Positions 59,300 to 64,000 of a stretch of 64,000 nucleotides of DNA are shown here, piece by piece. The DNA is from Alphaproteobacteria bacterium. GTDB lineage: Bacteria; Pseudomonadota; Alphaproteobacteria; SP197. Within the stretch, counting starts at the first letter, position 1; each line of letters begins with the position of its first letter. A program made the translations under genes and the position numbers. The DNA lies in the NCBI GenBank assembly GCA_965228895.1, contig OZ245842.1, forward strand, positions 4,672,001-4,736,000, in the 5' to 3' direction. The notes under the pieces are model-generated. The model was not told where the DNA came from, searched no databases, and worked only from the letters and a program-made list of their open reading frames with translations.

Positions 59300-60268
59300 G
59301 TGAAAGCCGGCGAACCGCTTCTTTATCTCTCCCGCGCGGCTCTCGAAACACTCGCTATCAGCACGGCCGATGGCGTTGCCGCGATCGAGAGGCTGTTCAC
59401 GGGCCGCGCCCAAGGTACCGTCTGGAACGCGAGCAAAGTCGGGATCTCACCCGGCGATGGCCGCTACTTCTTGAGTACGCTGTCGGCCGCCAACGATCCG
59501 CCCTATGCGGCGGTAAAGGCACTGGGTCTCAACCCGGCGAACAAGGCCGATGGTCTCGCCTCGATCGGCGCGCTGGTCGTGCTCCACGACAGCGACACCG
59601 GCTGGCCGATCGCCATGATGGATGGCAACTGGGTGACGGCGATCCGAACGGCGGGCCTGAGCGCCGTTGCCGCGACGCATCTTGCCAGGAAAGACGCGAG
59701 CACGATGGCCTTCATCGGCTGCGGCGCGCAGGCAAGAAGCCACCTCGATGCTTTCGCTGATCTGTTTCCTCTCCAAGAGATCCGCGCCTTCGGACGGGGC
59801 ACGGCCAACCGCGATCGTCTATGCGCCATCGCCCGCGACAAAGGTTTGAAGGCGATGGCCAGCGCGACCGCCCGCGAAGCGGTCGAGGGCGCCGATATCA
59901 TCGTCACTTCGGTTTCTGCTGGTCCCGGCCTCGAACCCTTCCTTGATGCCGCCTGGCTGGGCGCGGGCGCCTTTGCGGCGATCACAGACCTACACGGGCC
60001 GTGGCGCGCCGACACCTTCACGGCGTTTGACCGCATCGTTATCGACGATCTGGAACAGGACCGCGACTTGGGCAAACCTTTGGTCGATCCCAAACTGGTG
60101 AGCGGTGACTTCACCGGCCTCATCACCGGTGACGTTCCCGACCGGAAAAACGAAAAGGAACGGACCGCCTTCATTTTTCGCGGTCTGGCCCTGGGCGATC
60201 TGGCGCTTGCCTACCTCGCCTATGAGGCCGCCCAGAAAGCGGGTATCGGACTCAGCCTGGAACGTTAG
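59300..60268 (+). CDS. Ornithine cyclodeaminase / mu-crystallin family, tandem copy 2
   Basis: Same length (322 aa) and motifs as copy 1. Confidence 0.9.
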   Translation: MKAGEPLLYLSRAALETLAISTADGVAAIERLFTGRAQGTVWNASKVGISPGDGRYFLSTLSAANDPPYAAVKALGLNPANKADGLASIGALVVLHDSDTGWPIAMMDGNWVTAIRTAGLSAVAATHLARKDASTMAFIGCGAQARSHLDAFADLFPLQEIRAFGRGTANRDRLCAIARDKGLKAMASATAREAVEGADIIVTSVSAGPGLEPFLDAAWLGAGAFAAITDLHGPWRADTFTAFDRIVIDDLEQDRDLGKPLVDPKLVSGDFTGLITGDVPDRKNEKERTAFIFRGLALGDLALAYLAYEAAQKAGIGLSLER

Positions 60269-60404
60269 AGCAGATCCTGTTGTTGGTGATGTCGCGAAGC
60301 GGTTCCGCCAACAACAGGTGAATCTGCTCTACTTAGTGATACAGAGCGGATTCACGTGGATAGGGGGAACCGTGCACGGTTCACCCTAACCACGACCCGC
60401 TCTA
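60266..60404 (-). repeat. TA-flanked double-hairpin element, copy 5 (diverged)
   Basis: 139 bp; overlaps the OCD2 TAG stop and contains the MFS stop. Confidence 0.88.
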
Positions 60405-61618
60405 GAACGCCGCCGTGACGCGACGATTAGCCAGATGAACGCTGCGATTTGCACGAGAACCCAGGGACCAAAGGCGACCAGATAACCGATCGGCGCGTAA
60501 CGGCCACCGTCGAGCGGAAAGAAATCGAGCACAAAGCCGAAGCCGATCTGCAACAGGAACGCGCCGGAAAACGTAAAGAGCGCCATCGACGTGTTGACGC
60601 GGCCAGCCAGCGCGACCGGGAAGTCCTGGGTCAGGGCGGCATAGAAGATCGTCGCCGCGCCGCCGAAGAAACCGAACAAAAAGCACAGGAGCCATGGCGG
60701 CACCGGCGCCTCGAGCACGATCAACACCTGAACGACAATGAAAGCGCCAACACCGACCCCTGCCACCGCACGGGTCGGCACGCCGCGCCGACCGAGCCGT
60801 TCGGTGATCGCGCCCAAAAGCGCGTAGCCGACGATCATGCCGATGCCGCCCATCAAAAGCGCGTTGGCGGCCGCAAGGCCACCCAAACCCGGCACATCGC
60901 GCAGCCAGGCGCCGAGCCACAACGCCTGGATCGACATCCAGGCCGCCTGCACAGTCATGACCAGCGGCGCCGTGCCCCAGAAGACGCGCGAGCCCAGGAT
61001 CTGGCCCAGGCCGCGCCACTGGTCGGCCATAGAGCGCGGCTCGCCCTCAACATGCCGCTCTGGGACAACCACATAGACGACCGCGGCGACGAAGAGCGTG
61101 ATGCCGGCGACCAACTGAAAGAGGCCGCGCCACGTCATGTGGTCCAGCGCGAGCTGAACCGGCGCGCTGGCCGCCACCACACCCAGACCGCCGAAAGCCA
61201 GCAGATAACCGTTGACCAGCGGCAGCCGCTCCTTGGGCAGCCACAGGGCGAACGCCTTAAAGGAGGCCAGCAGACAGCCCGAGACACCAACGCCGATCAA
61301 CGCCCGCGCCAATGCGAGGCTTGGCGTGTCATGGCCGAAGGAGAACGCAAGAGCGCCCAGCGCCGCCACAGCCAGGAGCACCGTCTGGGTGCGGCGCGGC
61401 CCGAACCGGTCGAGCGCCATGCCAAGCGGTATTTGAGAGGCCGCAAAGGCCAGGAAATAAGCGCCGGTCAACAGGCCGATCCCGGCCGCGTCAATCGAAA
61501 GCTCGCGTGCCAGTTCCGGGCCCAGAACCGCATTCACGGTGCGAAAGGCATAGGACAGGAAATAGCCCATGGCGAACGGCGCGAAGACGCGCAGGACAAT
61601 GAAGGCGAGGCTGGGCAT
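60386..61618 (-). CDS. MFS transporter
   Basis: About 12 TM; G..LDRFGPRR motif A; R.L.G.G. Confidence 0.92.
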   Translation of the reverse strand: MPSLAFIVLRVFAPFAMGYFLSYAFRTVNAVLGPELARELSIDAAGIGLLTGAYFLAFAASQIPLGMALDRFGPRRTQTVLLAVAALGALAFSFGHDTPSLALARALIGVGVSGCLLASFKAFALWLPKERLPLVNGYLLAFGGLGVVAASAPVQLALDHMTWRGLFQLVAGITLFVAAVVYVVVPERHVEGEPRSMADQWRGLGQILGSRVFWGTAPLVMTVQAAWMSIQALWLGAWLRDVPGLGGLAAANALLMGGIGMIVGYALLGAITERLGRRGVPTRAVAGVGVGAFIVVQVLIVLEAPVPPWLLCFLFGFFGGAATIFYAALTQDFPVALAGRVNTSMALFTFSGAFLLQIGFGFVLDFFPLDGGRYAPIGYLVAFGPWVLVQIAAFIWLIVASRRRSRAGRG

Positions 61619-61741
61619 GAAGGATCGACCGACCGGGCGGGATGCGTTGCGTTGCTTCTAGAGGAAATCGGTCGCGTGTGAAATCACTGCCGACGCGCGG
61701 GAATCCTTGCATCGGGTGCCTTTAAGGGGAAAATGCGCGCC

Positions 61742-63154
61742 ATGTCGGACAACGAGAAACAAACCGGCGCGCCTGGGGCCAATCCGCTGTGGGGCGGCCG
61801 CTTCGCCGAGGGACCGGCGGCGATCATGGAAGAGATCAACGCTTCCGTGGCCTTCGATCACCGTCTGGCGCAACAGGATATCGTGGGCTCAAGGGCCCAC
61901 GCCGCGATGCTGGTCGCCCAGGGCATTCTGACCGCCGAGGACGGCGATGCGATCGCGACCGGGCTGGATCAAATCGCCGCGGAGATCACGTCGGGCGCCT
62001 TCCATTTCGATCCCGCCCTTGAAGACGTGCACATGAATATCGAGGCGCGGCTGCGCGAGCTGATTGGCGATGCGGCCGGGCGCCTGCATACCGCGCGTTC
62101 GCGCAACGATCAGGTGGCGACCGACATGCGCCTTTGGGTGCGCGAGACGATCGACGCGGTCGATGGCGAGCTCAAGGCCCTGCAGGCGGCCCTGCTCGAC
62201 CAGGCCGAGGCTGAGGCCGCAACCATCCTGCCGGGCTTTACCCATTTGCAGCCGGCCCAGCCGGTCACCTTCGGCCATCACATGATGGCCTATGTTGAAA
62301 TGCTGGGCCGCGATCGCGGCCGCTTCGCCGATACCCGCCGGCGGCTCAACGAGAGCCCGCTGGGCGCCGCCGCACTTGCCGGCACGTCGTTTGCCATTGA
62401 CCGCAAGGCGACCGCTAGTGCACTCGAATTCGACCGGCCGGCGGCGAACTCCATGGACGCGGTCAGCGACCGCGACTTCTGCCTGGAGTTTCTGGCGGCG
62501 GCCTCGATCCTGGCCGTTCATCTGTCGCGTCTGGCCGAGGAGCTGGTGCTCTGGACCAGCCCGGCGTTTGACCTTGTCGCCCTGCCGGACAGCCTGACCA
62601 CCGGCTCGTCGATCATGCCGCAGAAACGCAATCCCGACGCCGCCGAGCTGGTGCGCGGCAAGGCCGGCCGCGTGTTCGGCGATCTCACCGGCATGCTGAC
62701 CACGCTGAAGGGTCTGCCGATGACCTATGGCAAGGACATGCAGGAAGATAAGGAGCCGGTGTTCGATGCCGCCGACACCTTGATGCTGATCGTGCCCGCG
62801 ACGACAGCCATGATCGCCGGCATGACCGTCAACGCCGACGCCATGCGCGCGCTGACAAGCCAGGGGTTTCTGACCGCGACCGATCTTGCCGACTGGTTGG
62901 TGCGTGAGCTCGACATGCCGTTCCGCGACGCCCACCACGTCACCGGTGCCATCGTCAAGCTGGCGGAAACAAAGGGTTGTGATCTGACCGACCTCAACCT
63001 TGAAGATCTGCAGCGTATCGAGCCACGCTTGACGGAGAAGGTCTACGACGCGCTCGACATCGAACGCGCTGTGGCCGGCCGTACCAGCGAAGGCGGTACG
63101 GCGCCTGAGAACGTCAAAGCCTCCGTCAAGGCGGCACGCAAGAGGTTTCTATGA
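61742..63154 (+). CDS. argH: Argininosuccinate lyase
   Basis: [27 protein letters not shown]. Confidence 0.97.
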   Translation: MSDNEKQTGAPGANPLWGGRFAEGPAAIMEEINASVAFDHRLAQQDIVGSRAHAAMLVAQGILTAEDGDAIATGLDQIAAEITSGAFHFDPALEDVHMNIEARLRELIGDAAGRLHTARSRNDQVATDMRLWVRETIDAVDGELKALQAALLDQAEAEAATILPGFTHLQPAQPVTFGHHMMAYVEMLGRDRGRFADTRRRLNESPLGAAALAGTSFAIDRKATASALEFDRPAANSMDAVSDRDFCLEFLAAASILAVHLSRLAEELVLWTSPAFDLVALPDSLTTGSSIMPQKRNPDAAELVRGKAGRVFGDLTGMLTTLKGLPMTYGKDMQEDKEPVFDAADTLMLIVPATTAMIAGMTVNADAMRALTSQGFLTATDLADWLVRELDMPFRDAHHVTGAIVKLAETKGCDLTDLNLEDLQRIEPRLTEKVYDALDIERAVAGRTSEGGTAPENVKASVKAARKRFL

Positions 63155-63288
63155 TGAGCCGACGCGAATTGATGCGGGGCATCGCTGCCTCCGCAATGGC
63201 CTTGCTCTTCGCCGCCTGTGCCGGCGGCGGGACGACCACGTCAGGTGATGGCGACAACGAGAACCCCGACGAAGGGCGCGATTATTGA
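63151..63288 (+). CDS. 45-aa twin-arginine lipoprotein (not in ORF track)
   Basis: ATGA overlap with argH; [45 protein letters not shown]. Confidence 0.6.
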   Translation: MMSRRELMRGIAASAMALLFAACAGGGTTTSGDGDNENPDEGRDY

Positions 63289-63390
63289 CGTTGACGGCGC
63301 CCTCGCCATGCTTCTTGTTGGCAAAGGTATGAGTGCGGGAAGGATCGACCGCTGTCGGGTGAATGTTCCCGTGGCGGCCAGGGTGAGTTG

Positions 63391-63549
63391 ATGATGACAC
63401 GACGCGAGACGCTTGAACTGATCACCGCAGCGGCGCTTGTCTCTCTGCTGGCAGCCTGCGGCCGCAAGGGCCCGCTGACCCCGCCCGATCAGGTCGACCC
63501 GGATGATCCCGACGAGTACGAACTGGAACCCGACGAGTACGGCTTTTGA
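63391..63549 (+). CDS. LptM/YifL-like small lipoprotein
   Basis: MMTRRETLELITAAALVSLLAA-CGRKGPLTPP; CGxKGPL motif; directly before lysA. Confidence 0.8.
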   Translation: MMTRRETLELITAAALVSLLAACGRKGPLTPPDQVDPDDPDEYELEPDEYGF

Positions 63550-64000
63550 ACCCCTTCACCTATCACCACGGCGAGCTCCATGCCGAAGAAACGGCCCTTG
63601 CGGCTATCGCGCAAGAGGTCGGCACGCCGTTCTATTGCTACGCGCAAGAGGCGCTTGAAGAACGTTATCGCCGGTTGGCGGCCGCCTGTGCGGAATCGGG
63701 GACCAAGATCGCCTACGCGGTGAAAGCCAACGGCAATCTTGCCGTCATCGCGACCTTCGCCCGGCTTGGCGCCGGCGCCGATATCGTGTCGGGCGGCGAA
63801 TTGCTGCGCGCGCTCGCCGCGGGGGTACCGGCGGATCGCATTGTCTTTTCCGGGGTCGGCAAGACGGCCGAGGAAATCGACATGGCGCTCGAACAAGGCG
63901 TCGGCCAGTTGAATGTCGAGTCCGAGGACGAACTGGCCGATATCAGCCGTGTCGCCGCGGGCCGCGGTCAGCGGGCGCCGATCGCGTTGCGCATCAACCC
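63546..64000 (+). CDS. lysA: Diaminopimelate decarboxylase, 3'-truncated by window edge
   Basis: TTG start; GTPFYCY, YAVKAN (PLP Lys), DIVSGGEL, FSGVGK, NVES, LRINP. Confidence 0.93.
   Translation, partial: MNPFTYHHGELHAEETALAAIAQEVGTPFYCYAQEALEERYRRLAAACAESGTKIAYAVKANGNLAVIATFARLGAGADIVSGGELLRALAAGVPADRIVFSGVGKTAEEIDMALEQGVGQLNVESEDELADISRVAAGRGQRAPIALRIN

Noticed and set aside
63289-63390. Lysine riboswitch upstream of lysA
   Set aside because: About 100 nt is too short and the conserved L-box features are missing; only a modest stem is visible

Overview
GC-rich chromosomal window from an alphaproteobacterium. This assignment is inferred from coq7, the ethylmalonyl-CoA genes ecm/ccr/mcd, etfBA-hbd and argH-lipoprotein-lysA. 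It holds about 65 CDS and one tRNA-Leu(CAA). I found no CRISPR array, rRNA, transposase or integrase. Main points: (1) a tmpA-fosA-tmpB phosphonate operon in which a fosfomycin-resistance (FosA-type) enzyme is coupled between the two oxygenases, divergent from a choline sulfatase; (2) a V/A-type ATPase operon in the permuted order B-D-I-K-E-C-A, with Na+-type K-ring ligands and a perfect FNR/FixK box upstream; (3) five copies of a ~138-bp TA-flanked double-hairpin element (CIR/MITE-like) with compensatory stem changes, including a solo half-element and one copy inserted in a terminator loop; (4) small genes missing from the ORF track, a cupin gene with an in-frame TGA, a ureohydrolase with a remodelled active site, and several tandem paralog pairs. 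All annotations come from reading motifs by eye; no searches were run.
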